This document shows, one piece after another, positions 41,691-49,033 of a stretch of DNA of 64,000 nucleotides (positions are counted from its first letter, which is position 1; every line of letters starts with the position of its first letter). Origin of the DNA: Verrucomicrobiota bacterium. Lineage in GTDB: Bacteria > Auribacterota > JABMQX01 > JAFGEW01. Position numbers and translations under genes: made by a program. The stretch spans positions 20,110 through 84,109 of the forward strand of contig JAFGEW010000061.1 of NCBI GenBank assembly GCA_016931415.1, given 5' to 3'. The notes beneath the pieces were generated by a model. The model was given only the letters and a program-made list of their open reading frames with translations. It was not told the origin of the DNA and searched no databases.

Positions 41691-42779
41691 ATGCGGCACA
41701 CACTCACCCCCCTCACAGTGCTCCTACTCGTCGCCCTGTCACTGGCGGCTCCGGCCGCCGATGACGGTGAGAACACGCTCGACCTGCGACTGCGCCTCGA
41801 GAAAGGCGACACGTACACGTTCACCACGCAGATCCAGAGCACCGTTGACCGCTGGCTCACCGACGGTGAGGTGAGCGAGACGACGACATTGGCCTTGGCG
41901 CAGACGGTCAAAGTCGTTGCCGTCAAGGACACCGGCGCGGCCACCCTCAGCGTCACCTATGACCGCATCGCCCTGAAGATCGAGTCCGACGCCGGCGTCT
42001 TCGAGTTCGACTCGGCCAACCCGCCCGACGAGCTCGAGTTCCCGCTCAATGTCTTGGATGCCCTTGTCGGGCAGTCGCTCATGGTGAAGGTCTCGCCCAC
42101 GGGCAAGATCACCAGCATCACAAACAGGCACACGGTCCGCATGGCGCTCACGGAAGCACTGGAAGGCGACAGCGAGGAAGAGGACGAGGACGACGAGGAT
42201 GGAACCAGCCGTCGCGTCACGCGCGTCATCAGCATCATGGCGCAGGGCGACAACGCCTCCACCCTTGCGAACTACTACGATGGGATGCGCTTGCTTACCG
42301 ACGACAAGGTCTTCTATGAGCACCTGGCCTTCCTCGCCGTGCTGTATGCCGACGCGCCCGTAAAAACCAGCGAGACCTGGAACAAGACCACGAAGGAGAC
42401 CGGCCGCTACGCCGGGACGTGTGAGACCACCTACAAGCTCGTTTCTGGCGGCAACGGCACGGCCGAAATCCAGCTCGCCGGCACCATCAAGGGCGATCCG
42501 GACGCCAAGCCGCTCAAGACGGGAATCAGCTTCGGTCCGACAGCCCCCATGACTGAACTCGAAGGCACCCACAAGGGCGCAGTCACGATCGATGAGAACA
42601 CCGGCCTTGTGCGCGAAGGCACGCTGATACGCAGCATCAAGGGCAACACGTCGACCTTCAACCCGATGGATCCTTCAAACATGATGCCGGTCCCGACCAC
42701 GGTCGATACGACAATCAAGATCAAAGGCGGCAGACCTGCCACGGCCACGAGCAAGGAGACAGCCGCTTCCGCAGACTAA
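41691..42779 (+). CDS. Secreted protein, paralogue 5 (with acidic insert)
   Basis: GAGGAGAA SD, signal peptide MRHTLTPLTVLLLVALSLAAPAA. Motifs are LDLRLRLEKGDTY, FDSANPPDELE, VGQSLMVKVSPTGKITSI and SETW. It carries a unique insert, EGDSEEEDEDDEDGT. Confidence 0.88.
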   Translation: MRHTLTPLTVLLLVALSLAAPAADDGENTLDLRLRLEKGDTYTFTTQIQSTVDRWLTDGEVSETTTLALAQTVKVVAVKDTGAATLSVTYDRIALKIESDAGVFEFDSANPPDELEFPLNVLDALVGQSLMVKVSPTGKITSITNRHTVRMALTEALEGDSEEEDEDDEDGTSRRVTRVISIMAQGDNASTLANYYDGMRLLTDDKVFYEHLAFLAVLYADAPVKTSETWNKTTKETGRYAGTCETTYKLVSGGNGTAEIQLAGTIKGDPDAKPLKTGISFGPTAPMTELEGTHKGAVTIDENTGLVREGTLIRSIKGNTSTFNPMDPSNMMPVPTTVDTTIKIKGGRPATATSKETAASAD

Positions 42780-42815
42780 CTGCCGCCCGTTTCAAGGACC
42801 ACCGAGCAGCATTCG

Positions 42816-42863
42816 GGCCGGCCATTGGGCTCCCTCTGGGATGCGAATGGCCGGCCGTTTTCT
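42816..42863 (+). terminator. Rho-independent terminator closing the paralogue array
   Basis: GGCCGGCCATT-(19-nt loop)-AATGGCCGGCC followed by GTTTTCT. Confidence 0.6.
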
Positions 42864-42991
42864 CCCCCACCCATCCTGCTAATCGCCCGGCGTCCAGTCT
42901 TCTTGCATGGTTCTTGCTCCAGCTCAGGGCAGCGAGTCATGCAACAGCACAGGCGAATGCTTCTGCGGCGCATTCTGACAGAGAACCTGCC

Positions 42992-43249
42992 ATGGCTGAC
43001 ACAGTTTGGGGCGAGGTCCAGAGGGTTCTTGGACCCGACACATTCGAAATGCTCGTCACTCGCGAAGGCAACGGCAACGCGTTCCGGTACGGCCCCATGG
43101 AGCGCATCCGTATCAGCGCGCTCATCGACGACGGAGCCACGCGCGTCCCCGATCCGGATCGCAAGCGGCTGAGCGACAAGCACGTGCGCTGCGCCATCCT
43201 GGGCCGCGACTCGCGCAGCACGCTGATCGCGGACGTCACGGTGCTGTGA
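42992..43249 (+). CDS. Small hypothetical protein (85 aa)
   Basis: ATG at 42992 and GC3-rich codons (MADTVWGEVQRVLGPDTFEMLVTREGNGNAFRYGPMERIRISAL...). I recognise no family and the SD is weak. Confidence 0.5.
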   Translation: MADTVWGEVQRVLGPDTFEMLVTREGNGNAFRYGPMERIRISALIDDGATRVPDPDRKRLSDKHVRCAILGRDSRSTLIADVTVL

Positions 43250-43293
43250 GCGCCTGCCGCAAGCCGTCCTCATAATCTGTATCAAACGCGTAG

Positions 43294-43344
43294 CACGGGC
43301 ATCTTGCCCGTGGACCCCCCTGGCCACCCGGCAGAATCTGCCGG
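43294..43344. repeat. REP-like hairpins
   Basis: CACGGGCA-TCT-TGCCCGTG (43294-43312) and CCGGCAG-AAT-CTGCCGG (43328-43344). The first resembles the GTAGCCACGGG motifs at 19.95 and 35.66 kb. Confidence 0.5.
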
Positions 43345-43457
43345 TCGTCCGCGCGACCCGGCAGGATCGGCCTTGCATTCCCCCGCACGTGGCGCGATTC
43401 TTGCACCCTGCCGCTCGACGGGCCACCATGTACGTTGCCGAAGTCGGAGCATCCCGC

Positions 43458-44300
43458 ATGGGTTTTCTGCGCACACTCTGGCTGGCGATCAAGATGCGGA
43501 TCGCCTGGTTCCTGCTGACCGCCGCCGTCATCGGCGGCGCCGTGCTTGTCTTCGGCCCGCGTTCCGACAAGGTGGACACCCTGCGCCGCGTGCTGGCCGA
43601 TCGCGTGCTCGACGAGGTTATCCGCGACGTCGAGCGCCGGGTCGTTGCGCACGAGATCCGCAAGCGGCTCGCCGTGCTCGACTTCGACGGCGAGCACGGA
43701 CGGTTCATGGCCGACCTGTTGCGGCAACGCCTGCGCCGCAAGGGCCTGCTCGTCGAGCAGCGCCCGTCAGCACTCAACAAGACGCTCGACAGGCTGGGCC
43801 TTGCAGGCACCGCACAGACCGCGGGGGACGCGGCCAAGATCGCCAGGGAGGTTGGCGCCGATGCGGTCGTCTATGGACGGGTCGCTGAGTTCTCGCGCGA
43901 TGGCAACAGCGGAGCCGTCCGGATCGAGGTCGCGCTGGCCGACGCCGGTGCTGCCGAGGACCTCTCACGCGACTCCTACGCGGCCGTCTGGCCGGCACAC
44001 GTGCTCGACCGGATCACTGCCTTCGGCGCGGGCTGGCGGCTGCTCATCTGGCTCGGCGTGGTCGTCGTCGTGCCGCTCGCCGCGTACCCGATCGCGCGTG
44101 CCACACTCGATCGCGAGTCGAACGCACTGACCTTCCTGCTGCTCTTCGCGCTCACAGCGCTCGACCTCGCGGTCGCCTTGCTCTTGCTGGGTTTTTCGGT
44201 CCGCACCGTATGGGCCGCGCTGCTGGTATGCGGCGCGTTCGGCGGCGCGGGCGTGTACAACTACCTCGTCATGAACTCGTACGAGAAGATGAGAGCTTAG
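43458..44300 (+). CDS. Membrane protein: N-terminal TM, about 130-aa soluble domain, C-terminal multi-TM bundle (unknown family)
   Basis: ATG at 43458 with a GGAG SD. The soluble part (LAVLDFDGEHG...AAKIAREVGADAVVYGRVAEF) looks like the small alpha/beta fold of CsgG/LpoB/FlgO-type proteins. Three to four TM helices sit at the C-terminus. It lies immediately upstream of the ESCRT-III-like gene. Confidence 0.65.
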   Translation: MGFLRTLWLAIKMRIAWFLLTAAVIGGAVLVFGPRSDKVDTLRRVLADRVLDEVIRDVERRVVAHEIRKRLAVLDFDGEHGRFMADLLRQRLRRKGLLVEQRPSALNKTLDRLGLAGTAQTAGDAAKIAREVGADAVVYGRVAEFSRDGNSGAVRIEVALADAGAAEDLSRDSYAAVWPAHVLDRITAFGAGWRLLIWLGVVVVVPLAAYPIARATLDRESNALTFLLLFALTALDLAVALLLLGFSVRTVWAALLVCGAFGGAGVYNYLVMNSYEKMRA

Positions 44301-44361
44301 ATTCAGACAGAGACAACGGAATCCCGTGGATCCTGTCCAAACGAGATCGAGGATGCGTGCC

Positions 44362-44961
44362 ATGGCCCTGTTCAAATCGCAATCGAAGCGCAAGATGGAG
44401 CGCGAGATCGCCATCCGTCGCGCCGTCAACCACATCAGGAAGCAGGTCGGCTCGCTCGAACAGAACGAGCGCGCTTACGCCGAGAAAGCCAAACGCGCGC
44501 TCCAGATGGGCTCGGCCGACCAGCTCGAGTTCCTCAAGAAGACGCTGAAGAAGACGGCGTCCCAGCGCCGGCTCATGGAGCGCCAACTGCTCAACATCGA
44601 GACTGCCGTCCAAATCAAGAACCAAGCCGAGGCCCACGCCGGGTTCGCCAAGGCGATGACGGCGCTCAGCCGCTCGATCAGCGAGATGTTCGCCGCCACC
44701 GACATGGCCAAGACCCAGCGCGCCTTCGAGAGCGCGCTCGCCAAGGCGCAGACGATGGAAGAGCAGATGGACGTCTTCCTCGACGCGAGCGCCGAGGCGA
44801 TGTTCGGCTATGAGCCTGCCGCCGCGAGTGACGGACTGGTGAGCGACGCCGAGATCGAGCGCATGATCACGGGCGAAGTCGTCCAAGCCGAAACGGCCGG
44901 CCTCGACGCCGACATCGAAGCCGGCCTCAAAGAGGTCGAGAAAGAGCTGAAGCGAGAATAG
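44362..44961 (+). CDS. ESCRT-III (Snf7/CHMP superfamily) protein, Vps2/CHMP2-like, with C-terminal MIM1-like helix
   Basis: About 199 aa, all helical. The start is ATG at 44362 (alternative 44326). The basic N-terminal hairpin (MALFKSQSKRKMEREIAIRRAVNHIRKQ...) is followed by NQAEAHAGFAKAMTALSRSISEM...TQRAFESALAKAQTMEEQMDVFLD. That segment parallels human CHMP2A SNNSMAQAMKGVTKAMGTMNRQ...KIMMEFERQAEIMDMKEEMMNDAID (sequence recalled from memory). The acidic C-terminus LDADIEAGLKEV parallels CHMP2A DADLEERLKNL. Confidence 0.75.
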   Translation: MALFKSQSKRKMEREIAIRRAVNHIRKQVGSLEQNERAYAEKAKRALQMGSADQLEFLKKTLKKTASQRRLMERQLLNIETAVQIKNQAEAHAGFAKAMTALSRSISEMFAATDMAKTQRAFESALAKAQTMEEQMDVFLDASAEAMFGYEPAAASDGLVSDAEIERMITGEVVQAETAGLDADIEAGLKEVEKELKRE

Positions 44962-44968
44962 TCCAACC

Positions 44969-45031
44969 TCTGCGAGCTCTGCGCCTCTGCGAGAGAGAAG
45001 AAGTATCTCGCAGAGGCGCAGAGCTCGCAGA
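44969..45031 (+). promoter_or_regulatory. Perfect 26-bp inverted repeat (intercistronic stem-loop) between the ESCRT-III-like and AAA+ genes
   Basis: TCTGCGAGCTCTGCGCCTCTGCGAGA (44969-44994), an 11-nt loop, then TCTCGCAGAGGCGCAGAGCTCGCAGA (45006-45031). No U-tract follows. It ends 13 nt before the AAA+ ATG. Confidence 0.7.
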
Positions 45032-45044
45032 ATGGCAATCAACC

Positions 45045-46151
45045 ATGAATGCCGCTGAGTTTCTTCTCCACAGCTTCGAGGCGCACAAGGCGAAGGGGCT
45101 GGCCGCGTATCGCGGCGGCGAGCGCCGTGCCGCGCGCCACAACCTGCTCAAGGCCGCCGAGTACCTCTTCCTCCTCGCCGCGAAATCACGTGAGCCGCTC
45201 CGGTCGACGAGAAAGACGCACGCTCGCACGCTGCTCGAGATGGCCAAGAAGCTGCCGCTTGACCCAGCCAAAGTGCTCGACGGTGAGCCGGGCGGCACCT
45301 CGGCCGACGCGGCGCGCTGGATCGTGACGGAGAAGCCCGGCGTCTCGTTCGACGGCGTTGCCGGACTCGACGACGTGAAGGACGAAATCCGCCGCCTCGT
45401 CATCCACCCCTTCCAGCATCCCGAGGCAACCGAGCGTTTTCGCAAGCAGGCCGGCGGCGGCGTGCTGCTCTACGGCCCGCCCGGCACGGGCAAGACGATG
45501 ATCGCCAAGGCCATCGCCGCCGAGATCGACGCCGTGTTCCTCACCGTCCGCTGCTCGGACATCCTGAGCAAATGGTTCGGCGAGGCCGAGCAGAACCTCA
45601 AGGCGTTGTTCGCCGAAGCCCGCTCGCACGATCGTGCCGTCATATTTCTCGATGAGGTCGAGGCCATCGTCGCCCGGCGCGGCCAAGGCTCGACCGTCAT
45701 GGACCGCGTCATCCCCGAGTTCCTCTCACAGCTCGACGGGCTCGGTACCGAGTCCGCCTGCCTGCTCGTGCTCGGCGCTACCAATCGCCCGTGGGACCTG
45801 GACGAGGCGGCCCTTCGCGCCGGACGGTTCGGCCGCACGATCTACGTCGGTCTGCCCAACCTCGCCGCCCGCCGCGCCATCCTCGCACAAACGCTCGAAG
45901 ACGTGCCCGTTGCCGACGACGTGAACCTCGACGCACTCGCCGAGCAGCTCGACGGCTACAGCGGCGCCGACATCGCCGGCCCGCGCGGCCTCATCGATAC
46001 TGCCACCGACTTCCCCTACGAACGCGCCATCGCCGGCGACGAGAACGCCGTGCTGATCCGCAATGACCTCCAGCGCGCCCTCGGAATCGTCAAGCCCACC
46101 GTTTCCAAGCAGATGCTCGCACGCTATAGTGCCTTCGCGCACGCCGGCTGA
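45045..46151 (+). CDS. MIT-like domain AAA+ ATPase (Vps4/spastin/katanin-type), copy 1
   Basis: The N-terminal ~80-aa helical domain follows the MIT pattern (A..KA...Y..G....A...L.KAAEYL...A). Walker A is LLYGPPGTGKT, the pore loop is SKWFGEAEQ and Walker B is VIFLDEVE. The SRH is GATNRPWDLDEAALRAGRFGRTIYVGLP. The C-terminal helix is KPTVSKQMLARYSAFAHAG, comparable to the Vps4/spastin C-terminal helix. Confidence 0.8.
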   Translation: MNAAEFLLHSFEAHKAKGLAAYRGGERRAARHNLLKAAEYLFLLAAKSREPLRSTRKTHARTLLEMAKKLPLDPAKVLDGEPGGTSADAARWIVTEKPGVSFDGVAGLDDVKDEIRRLVIHPFQHPEATERFRKQAGGGVLLYGPPGTGKTMIAKAIAAEIDAVFLTVRCSDILSKWFGEAEQNLKALFAEARSHDRAVIFLDEVEAIVARRGQGSTVMDRVIPEFLSQLDGLGTESACLLVLGATNRPWDLDEAALRAGRFGRTIYVGLPNLAARRAILAQTLEDVPVADDVNLDALAEQLDGYSGADIAGPRGLIDTATDFPYERAIAGDENAVLIRNDLQRALGIVKPTVSKQMLARYSAFAHAG

Positions 46152-46227
46152 CGCGGCGGCACAGAAACGCAATGTGCCGGAACGGCTCGGGATGACCGGG
46201 ATATGGCGAACAGCACGGGAGAGGCCG

Positions 46228-46542
46228 ATGTTTGAATTCTATGGCATCCAAATCGCAAGTTATTTGGCCTTCGCAATGATCCTTGTTGCTTCCATTCTCA
46301 GGGCTCGTCGGGAAGGGGGTGTTGGGGCGTGGATGAGCGCCGGGGCTGCAATGCTGATCATTGTATTCATGCTTGCCAACGCTCTTTTATGTCGCCCCCA
46401 AGTTGGCGCTCCTCAGAGGGACGGGACCGTTCAGGTAGTCTGGTCGCCCACATGGGTCCACCTCAATGCCATCGTCCCTCCCGTTGCCCTTCTTACCTAT
46501 GGCGTTGGTCTGCTGCTAAGCTGCTCCACAAGGAGGCGATGA
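46228..46542 (+). CDS. Small integral membrane protein (104 aa, ~3 TM)
   Basis: GGGAGAGG SD then ATG at 46228. The three hydrophobic segments are IASYLAFAMILVASIL, GAAMLIIVFMLANALL and VPPVALLTYGVGLLL. GC is locally lower. Confidence 0.6.
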   Translation: MFEFYGIQIASYLAFAMILVASILRARREGGVGAWMSAGAAMLIIVFMLANALLCRPQVGAPQRDGTVQVVWSPTWVHLNAIVPPVALLTYGVGLLLSCSTRRR

Positions 46543-46666
46543 AAGATGCCGCCTGTTGAGCGTCCTCAAAGCGAATGGCAGGGGCGTCTTGCCCGTGAGA
46601 AGCATGGGGTGGAAGACCACGCCACACGGCGAATGGACGGCGCCCTCTGCGAGGAATAGTTTCAGC

Positions 46667-47548
46667 ATGAAGATCAGCGGGTTCACCTTCGTCCGGAACG
46701 CCGTGCGCCTCGACCTACCCGTCGTCGAGGCGATCACGTCCGTGCTGCCCGTGTGCGACGAGTTCATCGTTGCGGCGGGCGACTCGGACGACGCCACAAC
46801 CGACCTCGTGCGCGCCATCGGCGATCCGCGCATCCGCATTATCGAGACCGTGTGGGATCCGCAGCACTTCGTCCGAGGCGCCATCTACGCGCAGCAGACC
46901 AACGTCGCGCTCGCCGAGTGCACGGGCGACTGGTGCTTCTACATCCAGGCCGACGAGGCCGTGCACGAGGACGACCTGCCGCGCGTCAAACAGTGCATGG
47001 AGCAGAACCTCGACCGGCCCGAAGTCGAAGGCCTGCTCTTCCGCTTCCTCCACTTCTGGGGCGACTACGAGCACTACCATCGCGCGCACAACTGGTACGA
47101 CCGAGAGATCCGCATCGTACGCAACCGCGTTGGCGTCGAGTCGTGGCACGACGCCCAGGGCTTCCGCCGCCACGGGCAGAAGCTCAAGGTTGTGAACGCC
47201 GGCGCGTCCGTCTACCACTACGGCCACGTGCGCCACCCCGAGATCGTCGCGCAGAAGCAGACCGTCATGGACGCCGTGTACCGCACCCAGCTCAACGGCG
47301 CCAATCACCGCCCGCCGTTCGACTACACGCCCCTCGAGCGCGTCCCGCGCTTCACCGGCACGCACCCGCGCGTCATGCGCGAGCGCATCGCCTCAAAGAA
47401 CTGGGACGCCGCCGACTACCGCGGCTCCGGCAACCCGAAGCAGCACAAGCACGATCGCCTCTCGCAGCGCCTCCTGACCTTTGTCGAGAACAACCTCCTC
47501 GGCGGCCACCGCATCTGGACCCGCCGCAACTATGTCCTCATCCACTGA
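46667..47548 (+). CDS. GT-A fold (GT2-like) glycosyltransferase-like protein
   Basis: MKISGFTFVRNAVRLDLPVVEAITSVLPVCDEFIVAAGDSDDAT...FYIQADEAVHEDD fits the SpsA-like/GT2-like pattern seen in many uncharacterised glycosyltransferases. The internal ATG at 46667 was chosen as the start. Confidence 0.6.
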   Translation: MKISGFTFVRNAVRLDLPVVEAITSVLPVCDEFIVAAGDSDDATTDLVRAIGDPRIRIIETVWDPQHFVRGAIYAQQTNVALAECTGDWCFYIQADEAVHEDDLPRVKQCMEQNLDRPEVEGLLFRFLHFWGDYEHYHRAHNWYDREIRIVRNRVGVESWHDAQGFRRHGQKLKVVNAGASVYHYGHVRHPEIVAQKQTVMDAVYRTQLNGANHRPPFDYTPLERVPRFTGTHPRVMRERIASKNWDAADYRGSGNPKQHKHDRLSQRLLTFVENNLLGGHRIWTRRNYVLIH

Positions 47549-47827
47549 ACAAACGCGCGACGCTATCGTTCCTTCTTGTCCGCGGCCCGATCCATGGCGC
47601 ATTGTCTCTGGTCAGTAAGATGGACACGTTGTCCACGGAGGCAAACGCAATGTGGACCAGACAGATCTTCACTGATTTGCGGTTCAGCGTTTCCCGCCCC
47701 GTCCATCTGTTTCGCTTCACTGAGGGTTGGCATGGCAACGCGTCAAGCGCCGGTATGGCTGCATTGATCGTGCCGGCCACCTTGTCTGGCAGCCCATCAG
47801 GTTGAGCATTGCCCCGTGCCTTCGCTC

Positions 47828-47856
47828 TTGGAGTGGTGCCCCTGCCGCGCTACAAT
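47828..47856 (+). promoter_or_regulatory. Candidate sigma70-type promoter for the WG-repeat / Vps4-like-2 transcription unit
   Basis: TTGGAG (47828-47833), a 17-nt spacer, then TACAAT (47851-47856), about 44 nt before the ATG at 47900. A 350-bp lower-GC spacer precedes it. Confidence 0.45.
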
Positions 47857-47899
47857 CCCCCCAAGATCGTCCGGCAATACGCCACACAATGGGGTATCC

Positions 47900-48982
47900 A
47901 TGAGCCAATGTCGATACCGCCGCGCACGGTGGGCGGCCTTGCTGTTCGCGCTCATCGTTGTTGCGGCGATGATGATCCACACGGTGCCGCCGCGCGCCTC
48001 GGGCTGCCCCGTCCAGGAAGCCGGCCAAGAACCGACGCAGGTCGTCGAGTCTGTGCTTGACGCCTCGGGTCCTCTCTTCCCCGTCCAGATCAACGGCCGC
48101 TACGGCTACATGGACAGGACGGGCCGCCTCGTCATCGAGCCGCGGTACAGCAACGCGTTCTTCTATCGCGAGGGTCTCGCTCTTGTCGGCGATAACGAGC
48201 TCTATGGCGTGATCGACGCCTCCGGCCGCACCGTGATCGAGCCGCGCTTCGAGCGGTTCGCCGACCGATTCGCGGAGGGTCTGCTCGCCGTGGCGGCCGG
48301 CGACGTGTGGGGTTACGTGGACCGCAGGGGCACGTGGGCCATCGCCGCCCGGTTCAACTTCGCCGGGCAGTTCTCCAACGGCCTCGCCCCCGTCCAAATC
48401 GGCCCCAAGTGGGGCTACATCAACCGTGCCGGCGAGATCGTGATCGAACCACAGTTCGACATGGCCTACACCTTCGCTGAGGGCCTCGCCGTTACGGTCA
48501 TCGACGGCAAGCACGGGTACGTCGACAAGACCGGCAGGACAATCATCGAACACAAGTTCGAGGCCGCCGGTTCCTTTGGCGAGGGGCTCGCCCCCACACG
48601 CACCGAGAACAAGTGGGGCTACATCAATCACAGCGGCCGCTTCGTCATCAAACCGAAGTTCCACTTCGCCCAGTCGTTCACTCACGGCCGTGCCGTCGCC
48701 TCCATCGAGCAGGACGGACGCTTCAAGTGGGGCTACATTGACCGCACCGGCACGTTCGTCATCCTGGCCGATTTCGACAGCGTCCAGGCCTTCAGCGACG
48801 GCGCCGCTCCCGTCATGATGGGCGGCAAGTGGGGCTTCATTGACACCGCGGGCCGCTTCATCATCGAACCGCGCTTCGACTACGTCCAAGCCTTCGAAGA
48901 CGGTCTCGCCCGCGTCGTCATCGAGCAGAAAAGCGGCTACATCAACACCAAAGGCGAGTACGTCTGGGAGCCATCGGAGTGA
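47900..48982 (+). CDS. WG-repeat (KWG-type) containing exported protein
   Basis: N-terminal hydrophobic signal or anchor. It has about 9 tandem repeats of the form (K)WGYIDRTGRxVIEPxFDxAxxFxEGLAxV. Confidence 0.85.
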   Translation: MSQCRYRRARWAALLFALIVVAAMMIHTVPPRASGCPVQEAGQEPTQVVESVLDASGPLFPVQINGRYGYMDRTGRLVIEPRYSNAFFYREGLALVGDNELYGVIDASGRTVIEPRFERFADRFAEGLLAVAAGDVWGYVDRRGTWAIAARFNFAGQFSNGLAPVQIGPKWGYINRAGEIVIEPQFDMAYTFAEGLAVTVIDGKHGYVDKTGRTIIEHKFEAAGSFGEGLAPTRTENKWGYINHSGRFVIKPKFHFAQSFTHGRAVASIEQDGRFKWGYIDRTGTFVILADFDSVQAFSDGAAPVMMGGKWGFIDTAGRFIIEPRFDYVQAFEDGLARVVIEQKSGYINTKGEYVWEPSE

Positions 48983-49033
48983 CGAGTCACGCTGGCGCAC
49001 CACGAACAGACCGGTTACACTCGCATCACAATC

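Noticed and set aside
44326-44961. Calling the coiled-coil proteins at 44.3 and 50.3 kb PspA/Vipp1 (IM30).
   Set aside because: The N-termini (MALFKSQSKRK, MGVTDLLKSLFGGKAK), the helix-5-like region and the acidic MIM-like C-termini resemble CHMP2/Snf7 more than PspA. Their partners are MIT-AAA ATPases rather than PspF/PspBC. An HMM comparison is still needed before excluding IM30 membership.
47538-47780. Short ORFs (80 aa minus strand, 63 aa plus strand) in the 350-bp spacer before the WG-repeat gene.
   Set aside because: There is no SD and the composition is poor for coding. The region is better explained as a promoter/leader spacer.
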